Positions 1-14,000 of a stretch of DNA of 64,000 nucleotides are shown piece by piece (positions within the stretch are counted from its first letter, which is position 1; each line of letters opens with the position of its first letter). The stretch is from Laetmonice hystrix (lineage: Eukaryota): positions 13,456,001 to 13,520,000 of the forward strand of contig OZ249436.1 of the NCBI GenBank assembly GCA_965235115.1. Direction: 5' to 3'. A program made the translations under genes and the position numbers. The notes under the pieces were generated by a model. It searched no databases. It was not told where the DNA came from and was given only the letters and a program-made list of their open reading frames with translations.

Positions 1-618
1 GTAAATTTATTATAGACTAAGAATTTTTGCCAACAAAAAAATGCTTCATCATAGGGCTTGATGAAAGTAATCAGTGACAAACTTGAATATGCAGAGGTAT
101 ACTGGTACTAAGGAAGTACTTTCCACCAGAGAAAATGAAGTATCAGTACTGATCAAGACTGAAGGCAAGGTTTTTAATTTTATCAGGTGTAAAAGGTTCT
201 TATTTTAAAAAACAGGTAAGAAGAGAGTGGGTAAAAAACCAACCAATCGAGTAAGACGTGAGATGGTTTGGAATTTTTAATGGGCTTATTTAGGTGGTCT
301 AAATCTTCCAATTTGTTAACTATCTCATTTAAAAAGGTTGTTACGATCCTTGCCTTAGTCGAACTACATGCTGCCTTTTTATTACTTCAAAGCAAATATA
401 GAATATAAATAACACAGCAAGCACTCTTCCCGAGCTACTAGTCAACAAAGGCTGTGTTGAATATTTAATGTATTAATTAAACTCTAAAGAAATTTTTCTC
501 TGCCTTGCAACCAATTCTTATTTCCACATTCCGTGCCTAATAAGACCACAAGTAAATACAGGAGTGCCTTTTAATTGAGGTATGTATACATAGAACGTCT
601 GAAATACCAGTGCCTCGA

Positions 619-779
619 CATGTTAGATACATGCCAGTAAAACTACTGAGTGCAATATTGATTCAACTTGGCACAAAATACAGGCAGGAGATACAAGGCA
701 TGTTAGATACATGCCAGTTCAAAACTACTGAGTGCAATATTGATTCAACTTGGCACAAAATATAGGCAGGAGATACAAG
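619..779. repeat. Tandem duplication of an ~80-bp unit
   Basis: catgttagatacatgccagt...ggagatacaag at 619-698 and 699-779. Confidence 0.9.
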
Positions 780-1315
780 AATACCTTGGTTCGATGACAT
801 TTTGATGTTCACAGGTTATGAGGTAAAGCATAAAGTAATGAAAAAGATTTGATTATTGTTCTTGTATATTTATATCATTTGTTACTACTGGAATCAAGAA
901 TGCATCTTAGGCTTTTACAGAGGTGAAGCAGAATACCGCAGCGCCCTCTATTTGACACTGAGGTTGTTCCATTCATGACTGCAGGATGGCTCCGCGCTTT
1001 CTGTGCAGCAATAAATTGTGGGAATTGCGACCGAAGCTGGTCGGGTATGGTTTTTTTCTGATTTCCGTGTTTTTTTAAATACCAAATTTGTAATTATTTA
1101 GGTAGTTATGTTCGTGTCAACAGCCGCATCAAATCCCGTGCCTCTGCATTGAACTCAAGCTGCAGCATAGCTTTGTTTACATCTCCACCTCAGTCGTTCA
1201 TAGGGGGGCTTTGCGTTTTGAGATCACAAAAAATGACCTACTTGCATATCCTACAATCCACCATTCTTGCTTGAATGCTGAATTGCATTTAAACTTATAT
1301 GAAGTTGTTGTACTT

Positions 1316-1655
1316 AACAATGGGGAACATGGTCGCCGCCTTTTCCGCATGGCGGCAGCACTGTGCAAGCGGTTCAGGAGGCGACATTTTAGCATAGAAT
1401 TAGATAGGCTGATATCTGCTAATCTGTGGCTGGTTGCCTTACCGACATTTGTTTTAAAAAGGTATGACAATTTTTAAACATCTTTCATTCACTTTAGTCC
1501 AAATGAGTTAATATTATTTAGTAATGATAAGGTTAGGTCATCCTACAGCACATTAGCATTTCGTCGTCCTATCTAACCTTATGCTAACGTACTGCAGCAA
1601 GGACTGCTTGCACAGTGCTGCCGCCTTGCGGATTTGACTTGAAATCCCCATTGCG
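1316..1655. mobile_element. Foldback/MITE-like element with ~110-bp imperfect inverted arms
   Basis: GGCGGCAGCACTGTGCAAGC (~1352) and its reverse complement GCTTGCACAGTGCTGCCGCC (~1606). Pairing extends through ttagcata...ttagatagg. Confidence 0.7.
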
Positions 1656-3008
1656 CATGCGCCTAATGTACCCCATAGGGGCTATTGGTTCTTTTTAAAT
1701 GGTTAGGCATAACGACTTTTGAAAAATGTGTCTAAAAGATACTGTGGGAGGCCAAAGGATATTTGTAATCACACTTGTTTGGTGGGTAATGGGGCATGCA
1801 GCAGAACCTGTCGTAGTGGTAAGGTTGTGGAGAGCATCTTGTTTGAGCCAAGGGGACCTAGTCATACCAGCACATGAATATATCCTTCTATATAATCATT
1901 CATGTGTCAGGAGTTTGACTTGGAGCTCATCAAACCTTTTTGCAGTGCATTTGTGGCCAAGACCTCATTACAGTAAAGAGCATTCTACTGCTGTTACAAC
2001 TAATAGGTGATGTTTTAAACTATTGGTGTTGGTTTTGTATGTGGGGTTGGGTATTTTGGTTTTTATAATATTCCAGTAAAAAGCTCCTGTATGTAATGGT
2101 TTTGGTAATTGTCAAGGGCACATTATCCTTTGGTATGAAGTAACATGTACATGCATTGTGATAGTAAATATACACAATTACCATATACCCGGTATTCATT
2201 TTAAAGTTATACTGCAGTAACATTGAATTCAGTTTTTGAGTCTTCCATTACTTTGATACCGGTAACTACAAATGTTACAGTAGTACATACAAGGCATTTG
2301 ATGTTATGTAGCTTTATGACGTGTTGGCAGCATTCATTGTGAGTAACTTGAGTTGTAATTTGTTACTTTATTTGGAAGGAAAGTGGGCAAAGTTTTTGTG
2401 TACCAGTAGAAAAATGCTGTTTAGTGCCAGTACGAGAGTTTTAAGGCAAACGGGTGCAGTTGTCCATGTACCAAATATCCTTTTTGCTAAAGAAAGCTTT
2501 TACCTAAAAGGTTTGTCAGGAATTATATAGCTGAATCTTTAGCTGAATCTTCAAGAATTCAAAATATTTGCAACCGGTGATACGTTGAAGAAGGGGATGG
2601 GGCACTGGCAAATTTTAAAACTAGCTAGTTTTTAAAGATTGTTTACGTGTACATACCGACCTGTTGGGTGCATAGATTTCAGATTAGATATTGTATGCTG
2701 GAAAATTGTACCACATCTTATGCTGGTTTATGAGCCAAACCTGCTTACAGATATCCGGAAAACAATTACATGTACATGTACATTATTGAGCGCGACGTTC
2801 TTGAATTGCACACTGCATTGTGATTACAAACTACAGTTCTAAGTTATGCAGAACATTGAGCTTGTATATTTTTGCAAAGATTTTGCAATAAAGGTCAAAA
2901 TCCACATGAGGTCTACTTATACGAGTCCAACCCAGTGTTCCACTTGGCGTCAGGCACCCTGACGACATGAGGCATTATGCCGTGACAGCAAATTTTTTAG
3001 GTCATATA

Positions 3009-3085
3009 GGTCAGCCACCATGATTCGAACCTGTGCCCTTCCCATTAAGGGTCTTGCATTTTAACCATTTCACTACAGAGTCCCT
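3009..3085 (-). pseudogene. tRNA-like SINE head or tRNA pseudogene fragment
   Basis: Minus strand gggactctgTAGTGAAATGGtt...GGTTCGAATC with A/B-box spacing. The cloverleaf stems are not intact. Confidence 0.45.
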
Positions 3086-3774
3086 TCACTTGTTAGCAGT
3101 ATTTTGAGGTGTTGAAAACGTAATAAATTAAAGTCAATGTAAGCCGACGTAATCCTTCATATGGCTTGTTAAACAGTTAAAACGTCACGGCGAATGTGTT
3201 CACTAAGTTTCTTTCAGATATTTTGGAATATAGCAAAGATGCCGATTACCGTAACACGGTACTGGGAAATCGCATACAACTTTCAGGTCATGTGAGGAAC
3301 TGTTACTACGCGAGATCGCATTAAAACCTTCTATAAAGATTCCACCTGCTAAAAATAGTGAAGATTCTTCAAAAATTGGGGGAGTAGCGAATTTCTCATT
3401 TTTGACCTTTCTAACTACAAATATAATAGTGTACACGAAACCATGCAATTTCAAGATCCCCAATGGGATAATAATTGTATGTATTGGGAGGGGGATTACA
3501 CAGCCTTCTCTTGACAATATTTTGATTAATCCTAGTATTCTGGGGCCCAACGCACACCCAAGACTTGCAGACCCCCAAACTATTATTATCCAGCTGTTAA
3601 ATAATAGTTTGCGGGTCCGCAAGTCTTGCTTGTGAGATTATTACATCCCTCATGGTGAACCCCTCCATGCTATTCAGTATACGGTCTCCAGGGGACACAG
3701 ATTAGATGGGAGTAAATGATGGACAAAACGTATGGCCTGCCTCCTCGACAATAAAGGCATGGAAACATGAAACA

Positions 3775-4005
3775 TGAGGCGTCCCTACACTACTGGCTAC
3801 CGTTGTATGCAAGCAAACGGTACAGGGAGTCCAAACAGTACAGGGAGCCAAACAGTAATGAGGAGTCCCTACAACGTACTGGCTGCCCTAGTACCCAAGC
3901 AAACAGTACAGGCAGGCCAAGCAGTATGGGAGGCCAAACTGTACAGTGAGGAGTCCCTACATCTTACTGGCTGGCCTAGTACCCATGCAAACAGTACAGT
4001 GAGGC
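3775..4005. repeat. Minisatellite, ~3 copies of an ~85-bp unit
   Basis: gagg(a/c)gtccctaca...tactggct...gcaaac(a/g)gtaca at ~3776, ~3860, ~3948. Confidence 0.8.
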
Positions 4006-4930
4006 CGTGTAAATGAAAGGTATAGGCGAGGAGCATCTACTGTTAAAATTTGGATGTGGGAAGAACCATCATATCTGTTCTGTTCAGTTTTCTTGAGCAC
4101 CCTCTTAGTAGTAGTAGTACAAAAAACAATGTAACCTATTGACATAATGAATTGTGACAATACATCATAACTGTAAACCCATATATCATACTAAACATAA
4201 TACCCAAAATTTCTCTGTGTTGAAGTTGATACCCTGAGTTGGGTTCGCACACGCTCAATGGTAGTGTGAATAAAACTGGTAAATAGGGAGCAGCTACTGC
4301 ACCGTCCATGTTTTACTAAACAGGTGGCCGAGTAAGTATTTACATTTAACAATGGGAACTGGAAATACTATTAATACTAATCCTCCTAGAATTATCTGCC
4401 CCAAATTCCTTCAAAAGTAAAGATTTCTCCACTTTTTCACTTTGATCAGATTGGACATTGTAGCAGTATCTTTGCTATAATGCCCAAAGAAAGGAACAGA
4501 ATCTAAATGCAATTTACTAGTTTGTTCACATCTACTTTATTCAAGGTATGCATTTTCCTTTACAACTTAACTTCTGACATGAACGAACAAGATCAATAAA
4601 TCATGTGCTTGAAAAATTATATTCACCAAATTCTCAACTTGAATAACAAGCTCTAGAAGCATCTGAAAATTGATGATTGTTCATCCGACATTTCCACCGT
4701 CGGTTGTCTCATATTCTGCTAACCAGGACATGACCCAGACACATCAGACATGCTGGAATAAAACGACCTTCACACAACTCACAAGCTGGGAGTGGGGCTG
4801 CCAAGACGACACATGCTATGTGACCCATGGGTTACGTCGCAGGAATAGTTTCTGTGACAATATTCAATTGAATGTACCTCAAATTCATACTATACAAACA
4901 TGTCTTTCCAACCATCAATTAATGAATCTA

Positions 4931-7900
4931 TTACTTTTGTGTTTTTTTCAAGTTCTTCTTCACAACTTTTGGTGCCTTCTTTATAGAACCTGTTTTACTT
5001 TGCTCTGTTCGTTTCCGTTTTGGCGGTATTTCTGTTTTTGTACTTGTGTTTTCTGCAGCAGCCCGATTTCTCTTCCTTCCTTTCTGTCCAACATGTGTTT
5101 CTTTTGGGTGCCTAATCCTCCGTCCTGTCTCACTATCAAACAACTGGATGTGACCATGTCGTGTGACCAGCACTTTCATGTCAAGAGAAGTCGACAATTC
5201 CTCAGGTGTACCTTTCTCAATCACCTTTTCGACACGAGGTAAAACAACATCTGCTCCAGAATCTAAAAAAGTAATGGGGGGGGGGGGGGGGGGCTAGATT
5301 AGTCACTGAATGATATTAATCTCAATTCAAATCTGTTACCCGGTAATCTGGCAACATTGTACAACATTAACACGCAATAATGTCATTCCATAGAGTTTTA
5401 ACATAAGCCAGTAAATATTTTAGAAGTAATACCAAAATATCTTGAATGAAAACCAACCTGTGGAGATGTACAAGGGCAGAGCTGGGGAAGTGAGAGACTT
5501 GAGATGAAGGGAGTGCAGATTCATTGACCCGCCAGGCACTGTTTCACTCAGTTTGTCTACAGCTGCTATGACGTTTTCAATGATATCATTTGCCTCCATA
5601 ATAGTGTTAGCTACAATGACCTGACTGAAACCAAAGAGAAGTCGTACTGGTCAATAACAGCCAAAGTAGACAGCTGTGATGCTGTTATAACTACAGGCAG
5701 AGACTTAACCAGAGTCCATTAAATCAAGACCCCGTTGGAGTCACTATTGTACATTGTACTTCGTATTTTTGAGATACAGTCCATGTGAGAACATACATGA
5801 GTCACAAAGAAATTGTCTTATCTATCATTTGTAGAAAGTGGTTATCTTGAAGTGTTTTCGAAATACAAAATGTTCCGACCATGAAATGACTGACCTCAGA
5901 CGGTCACTCAATGTAAACGGAAATAGTGACAAATGAAATGTAATATGACTTTCTTACCTTAGTTTATAGACAGGATATTGACCTGTGTCATTCTTAGACT
6001 GTCCCTGGTTATTATGTAATGTTTCATGCAAGACTTGCTCACTGCAAGATTTCTCACCTTGTTGAGCCACGGCCAGCCAGAATACACATCGATGTTGACA
6101 AACCACGTTCAATTTCTCCTTTGAGATTTTTTGCTTCAAGGTTTACTGGTACAGGATACCTGCAGACAAAAATTGCTCAATGATTGAAAGATTTAATATC
6201 AAGATAGCATGGGCAGTATAGTATGGTGCACCTCAAATCATGTCAAACCCTCTTGTAGTCTCTATTACTTTGTATTGTCTGTGTTAGTCTCATCTTGTAC
6301 TTTGTGTCAGTTTCTCACTCTGTCAGAGGAGCCCTACTGTTTGGCTCCAGTTTGTGCATTAAGGCTTTGAATATGTTTCACAAGGTTGCTGTGAGGTAAG
6401 TTGGTTATTGCACGGAGGCCAAGAAAGGTTGACTGGAAGTTAGTTAGGTTTCTTGATATACTGGACAGTGGGACAATCATGATCTGAATAATTTCTAACA
6501 TTTTCAATACATAAGAAAAGTGAAATTTTCTGCTTATGACTGATGTAAGAACTTTACCTCTTCCTTTTATAGAAATTTTTGCCCAGAAAACTGGGAAGGC
6601 GTTGCACAATCCGCTCATCAGCAAGGTAGGCATCGTACATGTTTGAAAGGTTTCGCTTCGCCTCATATGGTTTATATTCAAGTTTGAGTTCCTTCAGTGG
6701 TATCACCTAAAGAAACAATCAGAAATATTTAATTAAAGAATCAATATCTCAGAGAAGCATATTAAGCAACTTAGACTTTTAGACTTTTTACCCGCATAGA
6801 ACATCTGGCAAGCATATTAAATCATTTTTCATTTAGTGTGATTGTATTGATAGAGTATTTATAGTGTTTTGATCTTTTTAAACCCATATTGATAAATAAG
6901 ATGTATAACAGTTTACAGAGCTTATTAGGAAAGTAATTGACATGAAACACAGATTAAGAAGTTCTCACCTTAGATATGGAAGTAATATTATTGTTCGTCA
7001 GTAGACTTGTAAAATGTTTCACTGTTGGTTCAAAGTCTTTCACCTTTTTGTCAAGATCTTTTACAAACAGGCATATGTTGGAGGTTGCCTTTAGGATTGA
7101 AGTTGGTAATTTACTGCAAATAAAAAAAGAATTGCCATTATTACAACCACCGGGATAATTTTGGGCTGTGCCATTGCACCATTGGCCCTTTAGAAATCCA
7201 CATGGCACATTAAATGCTGTCTCTATCATCTTGTTGGCGCAGTGATAAAAATAACGATGTGATGCTTATTCAATAAACCTACTTTTTGATGTGTGAAATT
7301 GCCAAAAACACTTCCCATGTCAGCCATAATAATTCAAGCTTGGTTGTTCAGAATGTTCATTTAAGAATGCAAAATACCAGAAACTGCCTACTCACACTTT
7401 GATGATTTTGTTCTTGATCTGTGGAACCTTTTTGAAAGCCAGCTGGATTGTGATGATCTCCCCATCCTCCAAGAGGCGTCGTGTTTTATCTCCTTTCTTT
7501 TCAGCATACTTCTTGAGGGCATCAACAGCTTTACTTACCTGAAATGGCAACAGTTAATATCTTTAACATACGACATTCTCTGCCATTTTCAGTCTCATAC
7601 ATCTCATAATTAGGGTCCGATAATCTGCAGTGTATGCTTCCCTCCCAATGTGTGCAGTATGCCAGTATCTGCCACTTTGTAGTTAGTTTGTGGGATTGCA
7701 AATCGTCAACATATAGGTAATGTTTAGATACTGTCAAGTACATTTACATACAGTGTATCTGGTGAAGAAACATCTTGTGTGTACTCTCATCATGTTTTAA
7801 CACCAACAGTGGTCTAAAGTGAGTATGAAGGAATGAAGCACGGTCAAGTCATGGTTTTGTTTCTCTGCCGTTTCAAATCTCTGAAATAACGGGCCTGGAT

Positions 7901-10590
7901 CATTAAAAAATGGCCGATATTTTTTACCCGGCAGCCGGTTTCCCGAAGAAATACGTTAGTCACCCGGCTGAAGGGTACAATGTGTAAAATATATTGTTAT
8001 TTGCCCCAAGTCAGCTCCCGAGTGAAGGAATTGGTCCCTGCTTGCCAGGCCGCCGGGTACATAATGCAAAATTCTGTTACTGAACACCCAGAGTGCCGGG
8101 CATGAAAGGCTAAAAATCTTCATAGTGGAGCCGGCTGGCTGGGTCACGAGACACGCCAATATTTTCCTGGCTGTAAGGGAGGGCATTGCATACTTAATTG
8201 GGTGAGGGGTCGGGGGTGGGGGATGATTTTGATGGGCTCAATATCTCACGGAATTTGGGGCAAATGGCTTTTTAAAAAATTTCACCCATAATGACAACAA
8301 GCACTGTCAATGTATCCAAATATAATATATCCAAAATGCACAGAATGCACCATTTTTAACATAAGATTTCAAATTTTTCCGGGGCAGCATGCCCCCGGAC
8401 CCCCCTAGTATGGCTGTACACCTCCGGTGCTCCCCATGATCACAGAATATTTTTTCTCCAGGTTGGCAACAGTGCGATAGGTCCCTATTTTTTTGAGGGG
8501 GTGGTATAATTTTGCCATATATTTTTTCTGTGGGGGTGGGGGGGCTGTAGATGAACTTGTGGGTCGGAGTCTGTATGGTGTAAGCCATAAGGACTCTGGG
8601 GCACAGGGGTCCAGGGTGGTGCAGTGGTCAGAGCAAAGGTTCTGGGTTCAAGCCGCGGCCGCGCCAGACTTTTCTGCATAGCAGTGCTACCGACTGCTTT
8701 ATCAAAGGCCGGCCGTGTTATGATACGTCTATGTGGAGGGGCACGTTAAAGATCCCTTGGCACCTATCGATAAGAGTAGGGGTTCGCCCCGATGCCGGGT
8801 TTCCTCCTATCATCTCATTATCACCCAATGGATTTCACCGACTGAGCTAGTTAACTTGTTCTCGCCCTGAAATAGCTGAAATACTGCTGACTGGGTGTTA
8901 AACACCACAGTCTACTCACTTACTCACTCTGGGGCACGTTTTACTAAGGGGCAGACCATTTAATGGCTGGGGGGGTATGGTTTGTTTGCCAAGTTGACCC
9001 AAAAAAATAGTTTGCTCCCAAATGTGTGTGAAAAAAATAGTTTGTTTAGCAATATGTGTGAAAAAGTAGATTGTTGACAGGCAGCAGATTTATAAAAAAA
9101 AAATCTGCCCGAAACCGCTAAAAAAATTAAAAGAAGACCAAAAATTTTCCTCGCTCCTCTCGGTCAACACTGAGGGGGGGCAGGGGGGCGCCTGTTGCCC
9201 CTCCCCCCAGCTCAAAAGCTGGGGGGACAAGCATAGATTTTGCCCCCCCCCCCCAGCTCCAAGGTGGCAGGAAATGGTCAGACCGTCAGAGGGCCTAGAT
9301 TTTGTACCCAGATGCCAGGAAAACGTGTATTTGGCACTTTAATTTCCTAATTTTTCTGGGGGAGGGCCCCCAGACCCCCCACTCGAGGCTTCGCACCTTC
9401 GACGCTCGCATCACCAGCATTTCAAAACCTAGAACTTGGGGCCTATGATTTGGTCTCCTGTGAATATCTTTTGGCGCCTATGTCTGTGGAACAGAATAAT
9501 GTCCTGGAAAAAAAAAGTTTGTCTCTGCCACCTCGGGAAAAAAATTGTTTGCTTTTGATCAGGGAGAAAAAAAAATTTTTGTTTTTTGTTGGAAGTAAAA
9601 AAAAAAAGTTTGGTCGGAAAGAAAAACCATACCCTCCCCCCAGCTATTAAAAGAGTTGATAATATAATAATGCATGACGATAATTTAACATAGAAGTGAA
9701 TGGGGTTGCTTGATCGAAAACAACGACCTAGCAACCATTCATGATTCACTTCTATGTTAAATTATCCACGTTGTTATTATCGTCTTTTAGTAAAACCGCC
9801 CCCCCCCCAATCCAAAATAAAGTATATAGATCTGATCTAGGATACGGCTTGCAAAAATAAGGTATAATATATGGGCAGGCCATTCCGGAATGCCCCCGGA
9901 CCACCCTACCATAAGGACGGCTACCCCCCCCCCCCCCCCCCCCACACACACACACAAATAAAATAATGCGCACGGCCCGCCACTAAATATGGTTGGTACT
10001 TGTGCAGTTGACCGAGTTGAAACTTGTGTTGTGCTACCGTACTGCACTGCAATGTATATGAATACACGACATGTCCGCCCGTCGCCATGTCCGCCCCTCG
10101 GTACATATGCCCTCCCGCCTGCCTTGCCTCTGAGTCTGAGGCTCTGTGATAGACACTCCACTCACTGACTCAGTCAGCCGCCCCCCCCCCCCCCCTGCCG
10201 CCCGTGGTCCCGGGAAAAGCCGTCAACGTGACTAGGACAGTCTACTGAGTTAGAGGAGTGTATCAACAACCCTAGATCAACTATTGTAATCGCTAAGTGC
10301 CCAACAAAATGAGGTAACGTGTCCCTTGCCGGGCGCCTCTTGAGCGGAGCGGCGAGCGCCGGACATGAAGGGGGACATGACCGGGGGTAGGGGCCCACAT
10401 CCCGGGGGCCGGACATGACCGGGCAGACATGGCGACGGGCGGACATGTCGTGTTACCGTTATTAGTGTTAGAGATGCATTTTGAGTTTGACAGCAACATC
10501 GAGAATCAGAAACATAATCACATATATAATTACCGTGTCCTTTGTCAGACCAAGCGATTTGACAGAATCCCCCATTTCCTTCAGTCCCAT
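4931..10590 (-). CDS. RSL1D1: Ribosomal L1 domain-containing protein 1 (CSIG), 7 coding exons
   Basis: GT-AG exons join in frame: 10590-10534, 7538-7396, 7113-6969, 6706-6558, 6159-6058, 5624-5458, 5262-4931. Translation includes VSKAVDALKKY...IQLAFKKVP...ICLFVKD...VIPLKELKLEYKPYEAKRNLSNMYDAYLADERIVQRLPSFLGKNFYKRKRYPVPVNL...SLHLKSLTSPALPLY and a Lys-rich tail, typical of RSL1D1. Start could be the ATG at 10590 or 10575. AATAAA on the minus strand at 4536-4541. Confidence 0.93.
8605..8925 (+). mobile_element. tRNA-derived SINE with Meta-like core
   Basis: A box (TGGTGCAGTGG), B box (GGTTCAAGCC), core GCACGTTAAAGATCCC...GATAAGAGTAGGGGT, (ACTC)n tail, 12-bp TSD ACTCTGGGGCAC. Confidence 0.8.
10064..10453. 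mobile_element. GC-rich inverted-repeat element in RSL1D1 intron 1
   Basis: 33-bp arms ACACGACATGTCCGCCCGTCGCCATGTC(C/T)GCCC, 32/33 complementary. Confidence 0.7.
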
Positions 10591-10942
10591 TTGCCGAAGT
10601 AGTTCGAGTATTTTCACTTTTCTACCGTCTCCCTCACACGCCCCACGTGGTGCTGAAACTACGGAACGGAGACATGCTTCCACCTAATTGGGTGATAAAG
10701 AAAAAGCAGAAGCCAAGTCTTTTCCGTATTTTTAAAAAAGGATTTCACATTCTATACATATGTTTTCATACCTTAGTGTGATTTGATTCCCGTACGTAAC
10801 GAGTACAGTTTTTGTTTTTATGTTAACTGTTCATTAAAGTGCTGAACCGAGAGAGCAAATATCATTCACATCCGGGTCAAGGTCAGCTGTCGTGGCCGTC
10901 TTGAGCTGAGGGAGGCAGGGCTGTGCTGCAATCACACCAAAA
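10591..10942. promoter_or_regulatory. Bidirectional promoter region RSL1D1/CANT1
   Basis: Divergent start codons less than 500 bp apart; TCAAGGTCA nuclear-receptor-like motif near 10877. Confidence 0.6.
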
Positions 10943-11063
10943 ATGTCATCGTACACCCGCAACCCCGTAACCTAGTTATATTATTCGCTGGTTATGTTTG
11001 TCTAGAGCTTGGTGTATTTTAGGCAAGGGGGTCAGGGTGTAATGTATTCAAGCCACTGCCTTG

Positions 11064-14000
11064 ATGGGGTCGCAGCGATACCGTTCCGCTGACCTCGACA
11101 TCACTGACGTTGGCGGTCGCATGAACGACTGGATGCGGGCGATCCGCACGCCGATACAGTACCGAGTCGGGACCTCCACAGTACACATCAACACAATGAT
11201 GTTCGCCAAACTCGGTGTCGTCGTGCTTCTCATTATGACAATCTGTGTACTGCTCATACCGGCCGCCGAATACTCGCCCAAAGTGAACAAACGTTACTCC
11301 TTGCACCCAGAGTATAACTCCACGTACCCACTCACCAAGCCGGAGAAAACTCTTCAAGGAACCCGCTTCAGGATTGCCTGTGTGGCCGACTTGGATCTAA
11401 ACTCCAAGAGCGAAACAGAAAAGAACACATGGTACAGTTATATAAAGAAAGGGTATCTGACGTTGAGTCCTAACCATGATAAGGTTACTGTTACCTGGGA
11501 CCCTGAAGAAGTCAAGATGAAGTCGACTATATCTGAAAAGGGGCGTGGTGTTGAATTGTCGGAGTTGATTGTATTCAATGGGAAGCTTCTCACTGTTGAC
11601 GACAGGACTGGAATAATATATGAGATCACAGATCAAGACAAGTTGCTCCCATGGGTTATTCTACAAGATGGTAATGGCAGGGTCAACAAAGGTAAGTGAC
11701 CAGTGAATCATATTCCTCCTCCAAATTCAAAATAAATTAATACAAGTCAGTAATTATAGTGTACGGTATCGCAATCGACACAAAGTTTAGAAAAGAGTTT
11801 TATATCACATAAATTTTGTGCTTTGTGATATTCTGGTACAGAACAATAAACTTTGGCCATTGTTTTCTGCCCCCTGTTGTCTGTGAAAGCGGTCAGCTAC
11901 TTGGTCTGAAATGTACAAAGATTAGCTTTGATTTTGGAGTAAATGATGTGATATATGCTGTTATTTAGACACAAATGTGAATTAATATGATGTATGAGGC
12001 TGTTCTGCTCAGCTGTACGGTCATTTTACCACATGGACACTGGCCCTAGATCTCTATTCAGGTTGACCTGAAATCCTAGTTTACCAGATATACTTGTTGA
12101 TCCCTGAGAGCCTGTGATTTCCTCCGAGTACCGGTGTCGCAGTCTGTTTTCTCCGGGTGCATAGTTTGCATGGCTTGCACCTCCAGTCGTCTGCTAGCTG
12201 TGTGCTAGCTGATGGGGGGGTGGAGGTTTCTTCCAAACAGTAATAAACGACAGCCTGGATAGGCAAATTTTGGAACAAAACTGACGGAGGAGAAAAGGGT
12301 TATTACGTGAGACTCCATCCAGACCTGATATTTCGGATAGTTTTCCGAGAACGAAACAAATACACACGACTCTGCAGCCAACCTCCCAGAGATTTCAGAC
12401 CACGGAGAAAACAGGCCGCGACACTGGTGCTCCGGTTTCCTCCACCAAGAAAAACTGACTTTCATCATTATCTTCACCGCAGTGATATGATCCTGGCTGT
12501 TACAAGGTGTGAAACCCCAAATACCCACCCACCCGTACCCCCGTAAGCCTGTTTGACATTGGGGTTCATTTCAATTACAGGGTTCAAGGCAGAATGGATG
12601 GCTGTCAAGGACCGAGCATTGTGGGTTGGTGGTCTTGGCAAGGAATGGACAACCACAACTGGAGTAGTACAGAACCTCAACCCTCAGTGGGTCAAGAGTA
12701 TTGGTTACCATGGAGATGTGCTACATCACGACTGGCATGAGAGATATGATTCACTCAGGGCGAGGGGAGGATTTGATGCTCCAGGTTAGTAAACCCTATT
12801 TGGAAAGAAAAGATCTTCACAACTGTGTTATCATACAATATGAGTACTGTATTTAATTAAATATAATAAGATTTGTTGAACAAATTTTGTTCCATGTGCA
12901 TGTGTACTTAATGGCATACTTTTAGGTAGTGAGCCATGTAGCCGGGACTTTCACAGCCACAAAAACATGGCTAATATCTTTCACTGGACTTAGAAAATGA
13001 TACCCAAGCCATGCACAATGTAGGACATATGGTAGTGTGTCTGAAATTTTGCACAACCTGCTCTTCAAATCCTGCCTAATAATGATAATAATGATCATTT
13101 ATGTATATTTATATGGTCAAAATAGCATCATTACTTTATCAGGTATTAGGGTGCTTTAGAACATTTCCTTTCTTAATGGAATGGATTATTACCTAGTTGT
13201 TTAGGAAAATCTTTCCTTAAAGTCCTTGTCATATTTTTTCTCGTACCTTGTACCATATTTATAGATCTGATCAATGTAGGGAATGCCAGTATAATATTGT
13301 ACACCATAATTATATGAATAAGTTTAGCTTGAGGTATTCAGATGGACATGTTCTGTTCTGCTGGGCAATGTCCAGCAATCAAAAGTTGACATAACTGTAC
13401 TCAAGATAATATTGTCTGTGAATATTGGCCTTTAATCCAGTAGTTCATCTGTCTAATCTGATAAGATATCGAGTTATCTCTAGGTCATCACAGAATCAGG
13501 CACTGGGAACTAGTTAATGCACTGATATTATCTGGTTCAAAAGATGGAAAAAAGTTGATAAAACTACCAAGTCCATATTATTACATTGGTACATTGTACT
13601 TTATCTGTGATGCTACAGTTTGTTATTGTGGCAGATACTTAGGGTACACCTGTTTGAGTTACTAAAGTTAAGGTTGAGTTACTGTTTTTATTTTTGCTAT
13701 TTTTCTGTAACTTGTTTAAATAGACTCCGCCAGTCTGCAGATTAACAAATTCTCTTTTAAATTGCAAGTTTACCATAGTAAGAAAATATTCGGGAGAAAC
13801 AAAGTCATGTCACTGCTTACGGTACATGACTTGATGTTGGATTATAAGAATGGACAATTTTTAAAATTTTTCCTTTTCAATTTTTAAGCTACCTATTAAT
13901 AAAATATGTTGTGTTTCAGGGTACATGATCCATGAATCTGGAGTTTGGAGTGACATACATGAGAAGTGGTTTTTCCTTCCACGTCGTGCTAGCACAGAAA

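Noticed and set aside
4670..5242. 190-aa plus-strand ORF; likewise 39586-40107 (-), 3203-3622 (-), 48666-49109 (-) and 56067-56498 (+)
   Set aside because: Antisense shadows of real exons or low-complexity/repeat-derived ORFs with no recognisable domains.
7160..7215. GTGCCAT...ATGGCAC hairpin in an RSL1D1 intron as an H/ACA snoRNA
   Set aside because: No convincing second hairpin with correctly placed H and ACA boxes; would need snoReport or Infernal.
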